DNA of 40,555 bases from Burkholderiales bacterium (lineage in GTDB: Bacteria; Pseudomonadota; Gammaproteobacteria; Burkholderiales; Burkholderiaceae_C), in the NCBI GenBank assembly GCA_025361305.1, contig JANYAN010000198.1:1-40555 (forward strand), written 5' to 3'. This document shows, in pieces, positions 1 to 10,935 of this stretch. A model generated the notes under the pieces. It saw only the letters and a list, made by a program, of their open reading frames with translations. It ran no database searches and was not told the DNA's origin. The position numbers and the translations under genes are program-made. Position 1 is the stretch's first letter. Each line of letters opens with the position of its first letter.

Positions 1-888
1 GCCATCAGCACCTTTCCACCTCCAGCGCAGGAGTTCCTGGCCCTTGGCCGCGCGCGCGTGCTCGAATACCAGGGCCGAGCTTACGCAGACCTGTACCTGC
101 AGCGCCTGCAGACCGTGCTCGATGCGGAGCGCAGGGCCGACCCCGCGGGCCGGCACAATTTCGCCACCACGCGGGAGATGGCGCGCTGGCTGGCGCTGTG
201 GATGGCGTTCGACGACATCGTCCGCGTGGCGGACCTGAAGAGCCGTGCCAGCCGCTGGCAGCGCGTCAAGGGTGAAGTGAAAGCCGGGGACGACGATCTG
301 CTGCTGGCCTACGACTACTTCAAGCCGGGTGCGGCCGAGTTCGCGGCGCTACTGCCCCGGACGCTCGCGGATCGTGTCTTGCGCTGGGATCGCGGCCGGG
401 TGCTCAAGGGCAAGACGCCCTGGGCGCTGCCGCTGAAGGTGGGCACGCATTCGGTGTTCGGCATGCTGGCGCTGCGCGCGCTGGCCAGCCTGAGATGGCT
501 GCGGGTGCGGGGCAGCCGCTACGCGATGGAGCAGCAGATGATCGGCCAGTGGGTGACCGGCGTGGTGCAGGGCACGGGGCGCGACTGGCAACTGGGCCAC
601 GAGATCGCCTTGTGCGGTCGCCTGATCAAGGGCTATGGAGCAACCAATGAGCGGGGCAAGGAGAACCTGCTGCATGTGCTCGAACACCTGGCAACAGGCG
701 CGGTCGCGCAAGCTTGCGCAACCGCCATCGCCGCCGCCCGCGAAGCCGCGCTGGCGGACGATGCGGGCAAGGCGCTGGACACGGCGCTGGTAGCCCATGG
801 CGCGCCGCCGCGCCCGATCAAGGCGCAGCCGATCCGCTTCGTGCGCAAGCCCAGGCCTGATACCGTGGGCTCGTCCGCCAAATCGTAA
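1..888 (+). CDS. Indolepyruvate:ferredoxin oxidoreductase beta-subunit family protein, C-terminal part (5'-partial)
   Basis: Frame is open from base 1 (AISTFPPPAQEFLALGRARVLEYQGRAYADLYL...). Motifs ARWLALWMAFDDIVRVADLK and LIKGYG are typical of the IorB-like C-terminal domain. Confidence 0.75.
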   Translation, partial: AISTFPPPAQEFLALGRARVLEYQGRAYADLYLQRLQTVLDAERRADPAGRHNFATTREMARWLALWMAFDDIVRVADLKSRASRWQRVKGEVKAGDDDLLLAYDYFKPGAAEFAALLPRTLADRVLRWDRGRVLKGKTPWALPLKVGTHSVFGMLALRALASLRWLRVRGSRYAMEQQMIGQWVTGVVQGTGRDWQLGHEIALCGRLIKGYGATNERGKENLLHVLEHLATGAVAQACATAIAAAREAALADDAGKALDTALVAHGAPPRPIKAQPIRFVRKPRPDTVGSSAKS

Positions 889-930
889 ATTTCCCCTGCC
901 GGCAGGCACCTGCCAACTTGTTGAATGAAA

Positions 931-1659
931 TTAATAGCGGGTCGTCAACTCTGTCAGCCACGCGGGCGAGTGATCCACGAGCCAGCCCTCCAGGGGCTTG
1001 TCAGCCCCGGAGAGGATCGCGGCGGCAATCACCAGCATGGCTGCGCCTACGATCGTCTTACCCGCTTTGCCCGCTTGCATGAGCTTGCCGCGCGTTCGTC
1101 GCATGGCTTCGCGCGAGGCGTAGGCGAGACCGACGACGGGCAAGGCCGTGCCGACGCCGAAGATGCCCATTAGCAGCCCTACCTGCGGCAGGTTCGATCC
1201 GTGGCTGGCCAGCACGACCGCTGCGCCAAGTGTCGGCCCCACGCACGGGCTCCACACGACACCTAGCACCAGGCCAATGCCGAATTGGCCCCAGATTCCG
1301 TCGAGGCGCATCCGTGAGATCAGGTTGTTGCCGGCGCCTACCGGGCCCGAGGTCGCGGCGGCAAAGCGGTGTTGCAGGTTCGCGGACATCAGCACGATGC
1401 CCAGCAACCCAAGGATGGTGGCGCCGACCGCGCGAAAGACGGTTGTGTCGAGGCCGAGCGCTGAGCCGGCCCAGGCCAGGGCCGAGCCGATGACGGCATA
1501 GGAAAGTGCCAGGCCGCCGGCCAAGGCCAGCGGTGCACGCGGATGCGCGTTGGCGGCCGATCCAATCAGGATGGGAACGATGGGCAGCACACAAGGTGAA
1601 AGCGTCGAGAGCACGCCCGCCAGCAAGATGAACCCGTAGGACGCGAGGGCGAACACCAT
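931..1659 (-). CDS. ccdA: Cytochrome c biogenesis CcdA/DsbD-beta family membrane protein
   Basis: Hydrophobic 242-aa protein with the two conserved redox motifs LSPCVLPIVP and WSPCVGPTLG. Confidence 0.9.
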   Translation of the reverse strand: MVFALASYGFILLAGVLSTLSPCVLPIVPILIGSAANAHPRAPLALAGGLALSYAVIGSALAWAGSALGLDTTVFRAVGATILGLLGIVLMSANLQHRFAAATSGPVGAGNNLISRMRLDGIWGQFGIGLVLGVVWSPCVGPTLGAAVVLASHGSNLPQVGLLMGIFGVGTALPVVGLAYASREAMRRTRGKLMQAGKAGKTIVGAAMLVIAAAILSGADKPLEGWLVDHSPAWLTELTTRY

Positions 1660-1662
1660 GGC

Positions 1663-2049
1663 CTAGTTGACCGTCTTCTTGACCAGGTCCTCGATGCCGG
1701 CCGAGGTGGTATCGCCCACGGAGCGACCCACTTCCCTGGAGCCCTTGAAGGCGACCAGGGTGCTTTGCATTCCGACCTTGTATTTCTTCAGCCAGGCCTT
1801 GTCCGCGTCGAAGTCGAGCATGAACGTGGTCACCTGCTTGTAGGCTGGCCGGTTCATCAGGTCCCTGACGATAGGCTCTTGCGCTTTGCAGGTCGGGCAC
1901 CAGCTCGCATGAACGGCTACGACGATCGGCCTGTCGGCGGCCGCCCGCGTGTCAAAGGCGGCCTGATCATATTTCCTGACCTCGCCGGCTGAAGCGGCGA
2001 TCACGACCAGCGCGAGAAGGCCGGCCAGCAGGAGTTTGAATATCTTCAT
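1663..2049 (-). CDS. Exported thioredoxin-family protein
   Basis: Signal peptide MKIFKLLLAGLLALVVIAASA and WCPTC active site; lies 3 bp upstream of ccdA. Confidence 0.88.
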   Translation of the reverse strand: MKIFKLLLAGLLALVVIAASAGEVRKYDQAAFDTRAAADRPIVVAVHASWCPTCKAQEPIVRDLMNRPAYKQVTTFMLDFDADKAWLKKYKVGMQSTLVAFKGSREVGRSVGDTTSAGIEDLVKKTVN

Positions 2050-2074
2050 GACCTATCCGATAGAGTTGAGTTCG

Positions 2075-2104
2075 TAATTCGGCCGTCCAGGTCCTTCGGT
2101 TACA
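2075..2104 (-). promoter_or_regulatory. ECF (SigF/ECF16-type) promoter for trx-ccdA
   Basis: Minus strand reads TGTAACC (2104-2098), 16-nt spacer, CGAATTA (2081-2075). This matches the GTAACC-N16-CGAA consensus of Caulobacter SigF-type sigma factors. Confidence 0.8.
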
Positions 2105-2181
2105 GTCCGGCTCAATATCTCCCGGTGCGCGGCTCACTTCCAACTTTGGGCACAATCGACTGCACAATTTTCGGCCAGTCG

Positions 2182-2211
2182 TGTAACCGACCGTGCTTAT
2201 GCAACGAACTA
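2182..2211 (+). promoter_or_regulatory. ECF (SigF/ECF16-type) promoter overlapping the start of the sigma gene
   Basis: TGTAACC (2182-2188), 16-nt spacer, CGAACTA (2205-2211). Confidence 0.7.
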
Positions 2212-2771
2212 CCAACGAGAGCGACCTTCGGCGCCAGGAAGAGCGCCTTCAACGCCTCTGCCTGGCGGGACTGGCGGGCGATGCGCGGGCGTACCATGAA
2301 TTTCTCGAAGCGCTCGGAGCCCATTTGCGGGCCTATTTTCGGAAGCGACTGTTCCAGTTGCCGGATGAAGTCGAGGACCTTGTGCAAGAAACCTTGTTGG
2401 CCATCCACACCAAGCGTCACACCTACCGCCATGACCAGCCATTGACGGCGTGGGTCCATGCGATTGCACGTTACAAGCTGATCGACATGCTGCGTGCGCG
2501 AGTCGGCCGGGAGAATTTGACTGATCCGCTGGACGACGAAAATGAGTTATTCGCGGTCAGCGACACCGACGCGTCCGATGCGCACCGCGACCTGGAGCGG
2601 TTGCTGCGGCAACTCCCCGACAAGCAGCGCCTGCCGATAGTGCATATGAAACTTCAAGGCCTGTCGGTGACCGAGACGGCACATCGAACCGGATTGTCCG
2701 AGTCCGCGGTCAAGGTGGGAGTCCATCGTGGACTCAAGGCACTTGCCGCAAAAATCAGGAGTGGCGCATGA
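2199..2771 (+). CDS. ECF sigma-70 factor (SigF/ECF16-type)
   Basis: Region 2 (EVEDLVQETLLAIH, AWVHAIARYKLID) and region 4 (GLSVTETAHRTGLSESAVKVGVHRGLKAL). Coupled to nrsF by an ATGA overlap. Start is uncertain (GTG 2193 or ATG 2199). Confidence 0.9.
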   Translation: MQRTTNESDLRRQEERLQRLCLAGLAGDARAYHEFLEALGAHLRAYFRKRLFQLPDEVEDLVQETLLAIHTKRHTYRHDQPLTAWVHAIARYKLIDMLRARVGRENLTDPLDDENELFAVSDTDASDAHRDLERLLRQLPDKQRLPIVHMKLQGLSVTETAHRTGLSESAVKVGVHRGLKALAAKIRSGA

Positions 2772-3409
2772 AGACCGACGAGTTGATCGCCATGCTGGCC
2801 TCCAACGCCGGGCCCGTCTCCTATCGTGCGGAGCGGGGCAGGATGCTGGCGACGCTGGCCCTGGGGACATTCGTCGCGTTCGTGATGATGTATTTCGTTC
2901 TGGGATTGCGGCCTGATATGGAGCAGGCGGTGATGCTGCCCATGTTTTGGGTCAAACTGGTCTTTCCGGGCGCTGTGGCGATTCTCGCGGCAGTAGCGCT
3001 CGTGCGCCTTGGCTCTCCGGGTATGCCGTTGGGAAGGCTGACCATGGCGCTGGCCCTTCCCTTCGCGATGGTGTGGATCATGGCCTCGCTGACCCTCGTC
3101 AATGCCGCGCCGGCCGCTCGACCGGCGCTGATTCTAGGTTCCTCCTGGGAGAGATGCTCGATCAGCATCGCCGTTCTGGCCGTTCCGACCTGGTTGGCCG
3201 CGTTCTGGGCCGCACGGCGATTCGCGCCGACCCGTTTGCGGCCGGCCAGTGCAGTTGCCGGTCTGCTCGCCGGCGCTGCGGCGGCGGTCGTGTACGCGGT
3301 TCACTGTACCGAGATGCAGGCGCCGTTTCTGGCTGTGTGGTACGTGCTTGGAATGCTGGTGCCCACGCTCCTGGGATGGGCCATCGGTCCGAAGGTATTG
3401 CGCTGGTAG
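2768..3409 (+). CDS. nrsF: NrsF / DUF1109 membrane anti-sigma factor
   Basis: Starts MKTDELIAML, has about six TM segments, two conserved Cys (WERCS, YAVHCTE) and a C-terminal LRW; directly downstream of the sigma gene. Confidence 0.85.
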   Translation: MKTDELIAMLASNAGPVSYRAERGRMLATLALGTFVAFVMMYFVLGLRPDMEQAVMLPMFWVKLVFPGAVAILAAVALVRLGSPGMPLGRLTMALALPFAMVWIMASLTLVNAAPAARPALILGSSWERCSISIAVLAVPTWLAAFWAARRFAPTRLRPASAVAGLLAGAAAAVVYAVHCTEMQAPFLAVWYVLGMLVPTLLGWAIGPKVLRW

Positions 3410-3447
3410 ACGGGCGGGCGGCACAGGCCGGCGATTTGTGTTCGCTC

Positions 3448-3477
3448 TGTAACCTTTGCCCGCCGCCTTCCGAACTA
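3448..3477 (+). promoter_or_regulatory. ECF (SigF/ECF16-type) promoter for the DUF2282-DUF692-DUF2063-DoxX operon
   Basis: TGTAACC (3448-3454), 16-nt spacer, CGAACTA (3471-3477); AGGAGA RBS before ATG 3534. Confidence 0.85.
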
Positions 3478-3533
3478 GTCGATAGGGCTGCCGATCGGCG
3501 ACCCATGAACCCTCACCTTCAGGAGAACTCAGC

Positions 3534-3854
3534 ATGAGTAAACAAGTATTGGCGGCATCGACGCTGTCCGCAACGGTCGGCCTTGCACTCGCGATGCTGG
3601 CCACGCCGGGCTATACGCAAATGCAGCCCGACATGAGCAAGATGCCAAAGGCCGTGCAGGACAACATGATGAGGATGACGCAGAACAAGCTGGAGAAGTG
3701 CTACGGCATCAACGCGGTCGCCAAGAACGATTGCGCGGAAGGAGCCCACTCCTGTGCCGGTCAAGCGACTCAGGCGCGTGACGCGAAGTCCTTCGTGCTG
3801 CTGCCCGCCGGTGACTGCGGCAAGATCCAGGGCGGCAAGCTCCAGGCCAGCTGA
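3534..3854 (+). CDS. bufA1: DUF2282 (BufA1-type bufferin) RiPP precursor, exported
   Basis: Signal peptide, then EKCYG..KNDCA..HSCAGQ..LPAGDCGKIQGG with four Cys (C56, C67, C74, C95). Confidence 0.85.
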   Translation: MSKQVLAASTLSATVGLALAMLATPGYTQMQPDMSKMPKAVQDNMMRMTQNKLEKCYGINAVAKNDCAEGAHSCAGQATQARDAKSFVLLPAGDCGKIQGGKLQAS

Positions 3855-3868
3855 GCAGCAATTTCCGC

Positions 3869-4759
3869 ATGAACGTTTCTGTGGCCCGGCCGCAGAGCGC
3901 GTTGGCCCGAATTCCGGCGAAAGCCGGAGTCGGGCTGCGCTTTCGGCACCATCGGGAAGTGATCGAGAAACAGCCGGGGACAGCCTGGTTTGAGGTGCAT
4001 ACCGAAAACTACATAGGCGGTGGCATTGCACCCCGGTATCTGGACAGAATTCGGCAGGACTATCCGATCTCATTGCATGGGGTCGGCCTGTCGCTTGGCA
4101 GCGCCGAGGGCCTGGACGCCGCTCACTTGGCCCGGGTTCGCAACGCGATCGATCGCTTTGCACCCGGTCTGGTATCCGAGCATCTTTCGTGGTGCGTCGT
4201 CGGTGGCACGTACCTGGGCGACCTGCTACCACTACCCATGACCGAAGAGGCCTTGAACTTTGTGTGTCGCCACGTCGACCAGGTCCAGGGCTATCTGAAG
4301 CGTCGCATCCTGATTGAGAATCCTTCGTCCTATATGCTCTTTGCGCACTCCACCCTCCCTGAGTGGGAATTCCTTGCACAAGTAGCACAACGCACGGGTT
4401 GCGGCATTCTCTGCGACGTCAACAACGTCTACGTCAGCGCCTGCAATCACACCTGGGACCCGTTGACCTACCTTGGCGCATTGCCCCCAGCCGCGATCGG
4501 TGAAATTCATCTCGCGGGCCACAGCGTCCGGGACCTCGGTCAAGGCAGGACCATCCGGATCGACGACCATGGCTCTCAGGTCGCCCCGCAGGTCTGGGAG
4601 CTCTACCGCGAGGCCCTCAGGCTGTTCGGGCCAGTACCAACGCTGATCGAATGGGATACCGATGTGCCGGCGCTCGAAGTTCTGATGGCGGAAGCCGAAA
4701 AGGCGGATGCAGCCCTCGACCAACGCGCCGGTAAGGTGGCCTATGCCGACGCTGCTTGA
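3869..4759 (+). CDS. bufB: DUF692 multinuclear non-heme iron oxidase (MNIO, BufB-type)
   Basis: Motifs GVGLR, WFEVHTENY, SLHGVGLSLG, SEHLSW, IENPSSY, DVNNVYV, EIHLAGH, DDHG and EWD. Confidence 0.92.
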   Translation: MNVSVARPQSALARIPAKAGVGLRFRHHREVIEKQPGTAWFEVHTENYIGGGIAPRYLDRIRQDYPISLHGVGLSLGSAEGLDAAHLARVRNAIDRFAPGLVSEHLSWCVVGGTYLGDLLPLPMTEEALNFVCRHVDQVQGYLKRRILIENPSSYMLFAHSTLPEWEFLAQVAQRTGCGILCDVNNVYVSACNHTWDPLTYLGALPPAAIGEIHLAGHSVRDLGQGRTIRIDDHGSQVAPQVWELYREALRLFGPVPTLIEWDTDVPALEVLMAEAEKADAALDQRAGKVAYADAA

Positions 4760-5546
4760 GCTTCAGCACGCCATCGCCAGGAGCCTGCTGCGCGGCGATG
4801 TCAAGGAAGCCTCTGCCTTTGTCGAGAGCCAAGGATTGACCCATGAAGAACGGCTTGCGATTTACCGAAACACCTCGGCTGGCGTGATGGTGGGCGCCCT
4901 CCGGCTGGCCTTCGTGGCCGTGCAGCATGTACTTGGCGCGGACTTCTTCGAAGGAGCGGCGCGCCTGTTCGTCGGCGAAACACCACCGGGCAGTGCCTGG
5001 CTGGACCAATATGGGGCGGACTTTCCTGAATTTCTGGCCCGACTGCCCCAGACAGCGTCCATCCCGTACCTGGGTGACCTGGCGCGGCTCGAGTGGAGCG
5101 TCAACATCGTCCTGCACGCAGTCGAAGCACCGTTCCTGGACATCGCGGATTTGACCGGCATGCAGGAGGCAGACCTTGCACAACTGCGTCTTGCGCCGCA
5201 TCCGGGCGTGCAACTGCTTCGCTGCGACTTCCCGGCCGACGCGATTTGGCGCGCCGTGCTCGATCGCGACGATGACGCGATGGCGGCAATCCGACTGTCG
5301 GATGGTCCTGTCTGGCTGCTGGTTCAACGAACCGCCAAAGGTATTGACCTCCTTCGCTTGAGCGAGGTGCAGTGGCGAATCGCACGCGAGTTGTTCTTGG
5401 GGCAATCACTGGCCGCCGTGGTGGCAATGGCACCCGATGCCCAAGCCCATGCCATCCTGGCGACGCTTCTCACGCGTGAATGTTTCACGACTTTCAGTCC
5501 GGCCCCCGAGTCGTTCGCACGCCATACCCGCAGGATTCACATATGA
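4743..5546 (+). CDS. bufC: DUF2063 (BufC/HvfC-type) MNIO partner protein
   Basis: Motifs LLELQHAIA, RLAIYRN, LGADFF, YGADFPEFL and DLARLEW. Start set at ATG 4743, overlapping the end of DUF692. Confidence 0.85.
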   Translation: MPTLLELQHAIARSLLRGDVKEASAFVESQGLTHEERLAIYRNTSAGVMVGALRLAFVAVQHVLGADFFEGAARLFVGETPPGSAWLDQYGADFPEFLARLPQTASIPYLGDLARLEWSVNIVLHAVEAPFLDIADLTGMQEADLAQLRLAPHPGVQLLRCDFPADAIWRAVLDRDDDAMAAIRLSDGPVWLLVQRTAKGIDLLRLSEVQWRIARELFLGQSLAAVVAMAPDAQAHAILATLLTRECFTTFSPAPESFARHTRRIHI

Positions 5547-6022
5547 CGAACCATGCCCAACCCATCGCGCCTGACCGGGCTACATCTTCTGTCATTGCGC
5601 GGCTTGTACGGTGGCTCGACGCTGTACCTCACACGCTGCTGGCCCTTCCTCTGCGATTCGCCGTTGCGACCGTTTTCTGGAACTCCGCGATGACCAAGCT
5701 GGCGAACTGGCAGACCGCCATAGAGTTGTTCCGCGATGAGTACAAGGTGCCCGTATTGCCACCGGATCTGGCAGCCTATATGGCTGTGTCGATCGAGTTG
5801 GGCGCGCCCATTCTGCTGGCGCTGGGGCTGGCGACGCGGCCGGTGGCGCTGCTGCTGCTGGGAATGACGGCCGTCATTGAAATATTTGTCTATCCTCAGG
5901 CATGGCCGACTCATCTTCAATGGGCCGCCATGCTGCTGGTGCTGCTTTGCCGGGGTGCTGGAGATTGGTCGCTCGACCACCTGATTGCTCGGCGGTTACT
6001 CCCCGCGCTTCGCGGCCGATGA
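5543..6022 (+). CDS. DoxX family membrane protein
   Basis: Motifs LRFAVATVFWNSAMTK, LFRDEYKVP, ELGAPILLALGLATR and GAGDWSLD. ATGA overlap with the upstream gene. Confidence 0.85.
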   Translation: MTNHAQPIAPDRATSSVIARLVRWLDAVPHTLLALPLRFAVATVFWNSAMTKLANWQTAIELFRDEYKVPVLPPDLAAYMAVSIELGAPILLALGLATRPVALLLLGMTAVIEIFVYPQAWPTHLQWAAMLLVLLCRGAGDWSLDHLIARRLLPALRGR

Positions 6023-6067
6023 GCCAATTTCAACCAGGCACGCACGCGGTGCCGGGGGACCACGGGG

Positions 6068-6316
6068 TCAATACTCGCGTTGCGTCCTCGGCATGCTTGG
6101 CATGCATGGACCGCGTAGGGGTCCCGATAACGATCCAGGCAAGCAGGCGGTGACCACGGCCATCACCTCGTCCCACTCGCCTTCGAGAATGGTGCCCATC
6201 GGCGTCAACTGGTAACGCACGCCACTGCGGTCGATCACGTCCAGAATCCGGGCCACATGCGCGCTCAGGCTTTCGCCCTGGCCGTGGGGCGCCATCGCAA
6301 ATTCGAGCAGGACCAT
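6068..6316 (-). pseudogene. 3'-truncated MTH1187/DUF77 (thiamine-binding) family gene
   Basis: AGGAG RBS and ATG 6316. MVLLEFAMAP..ESLSAHVAR..YQLTPMGTILEGEWDEVMAVVTAC follows the family for 58 aa (to about 6143), then an unrelated Pro-rich tail replaces the usual C-terminal half. Confidence 0.65.
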
Positions 6317-6448
6317 TTTCTTCTCCTGGTTGGGCGCCGGCGCGCGGCGCAAAGCGGCCATCTTGCCACCCTCCGGCTTGCAGTACGGTCAGGTGGCAAT
6401 CCGCCATCGGCCCACAAAATGCGAGCGATGGCGCAAAATGCCCGTTCA

Positions 6449-7201
6449 ATGGCCACCCCCCACGCAACGACCCAGAACCACCTGCTCGCTGCGTTTCCCG
6501 CTGCCGAATACGAGCGGCTGGCCCCCCATCTGGAGCTCGCTGCCATGCCCCTGGGCGAGGTCCTGTGTGAATCGGGCGGCCAGCTGCAGCACGTTTACTT
6601 TCCCACCACGTCGATCATCTCCCTGCTCTACGTGCTGGAAAATGGCGCCTCCGCCGAGATCGCGGTTGTGGGCAACGAGGGGCTGCTGGGCATTTCGCTG
6701 TTCATGGGCGGCAACACCACCCCCAGCCGGGCCGTGGTGCGAAGCGCCGGCCATGGCTATCGCCTCAAGGCCCACTTGCTGCAGCAGGAATTCAGCCGCG
6801 CCGGGCCGGTGCTGCGCCTGTTGCTGCGCTACACGCAGGCGCTCATGACCCAGATGACCCAGACGGCCGTGTGCAACCGGCACCACTCGGTGGAGCAGCA
6901 ACTGTGCCGCGCGTTGCTGCTCACCCTGGACCGCCTGTCCTCCAACTCGATGACGATGACCCAGGAGCTGATCGCCAACATGCTGGGCGTGCGGCGCGAG
7001 GGCGTCACCGAGGCCGCCGGCAACCTCCAGCGTACCGGCCTGATCCGCTACAGCCGCGGCCATATCGACGTGCTGGACCGGCCGGGGCTGGAGAAGGCCG
7101 TGTGTGAGTGTTACGGTGTCGTCAAGGTAGAGTTCGACCGCCTGCTGTCGGATATTCCGCGGGGCGATCCCTGCCATGCACTGGGCCAGCCACGTCTCTG
7201 A
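6449..7201 (+). CDS. Crp/Fnr family transcriptional regulator
   Basis: QNHLLAA start, cNMP-type domain (EIAVVGNEG) and C-terminal HTH (TQELIANMLGVRREGVTEAAGNL). No N-terminal FNR Cys cluster. Start set at ATG 6449. Confidence 0.9.
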   Translation: MATPHATTQNHLLAAFPAAEYERLAPHLELAAMPLGEVLCESGGQLQHVYFPTTSIISLLYVLENGASAEIAVVGNEGLLGISLFMGGNTTPSRAVVRSAGHGYRLKAHLLQQEFSRAGPVLRLLLRYTQALMTQMTQTAVCNRHHSVEQQLCRALLLTLDRLSSNSMTMTQELIANMLGVRREGVTEAAGNLQRTGLIRYSRGHIDVLDRPGLEKAVCECYGVVKVEFDRLLSDIPRGDPCHALGQPRL

Positions 7202-7222
7202 CGGGCCGGGTGGGCCCGCTAC

Positions 7223-7264
7223 GTGCCCTGGCGCACAGACGAGCGCCTGAAACCGTCCTAGGCT
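7223..7264 (+). promoter_or_regulatory. Candidate Crp-family box plus -10 element
   Basis: GTGCC-CTGG-CGCAC-AGAC (7223-7240); TAGGCT at 7259, 22 nt after the 14-mer. Confidence 0.55.
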
Positions 7265-7286
7265 CACCCAATAAGGGGAAACAGCC

Positions 7287-8980
7287 ATGGATCCAACGGT
7301 AGCCCGGGCGGCACTCGCCCGTGACACAGACAGCACGGACGCGGGCGTTCGCAATTTGCTGCTCAAGGCGGGCGCGCTGCAGAACGCGATCCTGACCAGC
7401 GCCAACTTTTCGATCATCGCGACCGACGAGAAAGGCATCATCCAGTTGTTCAACGTGGGAGCCGAGCGCATGCTGGGCTACCGGGCGGACGAAGTGGTCA
7501 ACCGGATCAGCCCGAGCGATATCCACGACCCGCAGGAAGTGAGGGCGCGCGCCGCGGCCCTGACCCGGGAGCTCGGCACCGTCATCGCTCCCGGCTTCGA
7601 GGCGCTGGCCTTCAAGGCCTCGCGCGAGATCGAGGATATCTACGAGCTGACCTACATCGCCAAGGACGGCAGCCGCTTTCCGGCCATCGTATCGATCACG
7701 GCGCTGCGCGACGACTATGGCGTCATCATCGGCTACCTGCTGATCGGCACCGACAACTCGGTGCGCAAGCGCGTCGAGTCGGAGCTGAAGGAGGCCATGG
7801 CCGCGGCCGAGAAGGCCAATCGCGCCAAGTCGGACTTCCTGTCCAGCATGAGCCATGAATTGCGCACGCCGCTGAACGCGATCCTCGGCTTCGCCCAGCT
7901 GCTGGAAACGGGGGCGCCTTCGCCCACGCCCATGCAGAAGCGCAACATCGAGCAGATCCTCAAGGCCGGCTGGTACCTGCTGGAGCTGATCAACGAGATC
8001 CTGGACCTGGCGCTGATCGAGTCGGGCAAGCTGACATTGTCGAAAGAGCCGGTCCTGCTGGCCGAGGTAATGCTGGAATGCCGGGCGATGATCGAGCCGC
8101 AGGCCCGCCAGCGCGGCATCGGCATGACGTTCCCGCATTTCGACGAGCCCACGTACGTCAATGCGGACCGCACTCGCGTCAAGCAGGTACTGATCAATCT
8201 TCTGTTCAATGCGGTCAAATACAACCGGCCCCAGGGCACCGTGGCCGTGGAGTGCGACTTGAGCCTGCCCGATTCGATTCGCATCAACGTCCGGGACACC
8301 GGCGTCGGCCTGTCCCCGGAGCAGCTGGCCCAGCTGTTCCAGCCGTTCAACCGGCTCGGGCAGAAGGCCGGCGTGGAGGAAGGCACGGGCATCGGCCTGG
8401 TGGTGACCAAGCGGCTGGTCGAGAGGATGGGCGGCACGATCGGGGTCGAAAGCGTCGCCGGCGAGGGCAGCGTTTTCTGGATCGAGTTCGAGAAGGCCCA
8501 GGCGCCACGCCTGCCAACCCCGGAGCAGGAGCAAGCGGCGCTGGCACGGCAGCAGACGCCCGATGGGACCCCGCTGCGCACCTTGCTGTACGTCGAAGAC
8601 AACCCGGCCAACCTGGAACTGGTGGAGCAACTTGTCGCACGGCGATCGGACCTGCGCCTGCTCAGCGCCGCCGACGGCAGCCTGGGCATCGAGTACGCGC
8701 GCGCCTGCCTGCCGGAAGTGATCCTGATGGACATCAACCTGCCGGGCCTCAGCGGCATCGAGGCGATGAAGATCCTGCACGCCGACCCCACGACTTCGCA
8801 TATTCCCATCATCGCGCTCAGCGCCAACGCGATACCGCGCGATGTCGAGAAGGGCCTGGAAGCCGGCTTTTTCAACTACATCACCAAGCCCATCGTGGTT
8901 GAAAAGTTCATGGATGCGCTGGACGCAGCGCTCAGCGTCGCGGCCAAGACCCGTGGCAACCTGGACGGGGCGCCAGCGCC

Positions 8981-8984
<4 letters not shown>
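7287..8984 (+). CDS. Cytoplasmic PAS hybrid histidine kinase (PAS-HisKA-HATPase-REC)
   Basis: PAS/PAC region, H-box FLSSMSHELRTPLNAI, N-box NLLFNAVKYN, G boxes DTGVG and GTGIGL, receiver LLYVEDN..ILMDINLP..TKP. Confidence 0.93.

Positions 8985-10931
<1,947 letters not shown>

Positions 10932-10935
<4 letters not shown>

Noticed and set aside
889-930. GGCAG-GCAC-CTGCC hairpin as a terminator, and a minus-strand IQQVGRCL peptide as the missing end of the MTH1187 gene
   Set aside because: The stem is short with no clear U-tract, and the peptide similarity is too short to distinguish from chance.
7122-8875. Long antisense ORFs (559 aa and 380 aa) opposite the hybrid kinase
   Set aside because: Shadow ORFs expected from high-GC codon bias; no motifs, and fully overlapped by a well-supported gene.
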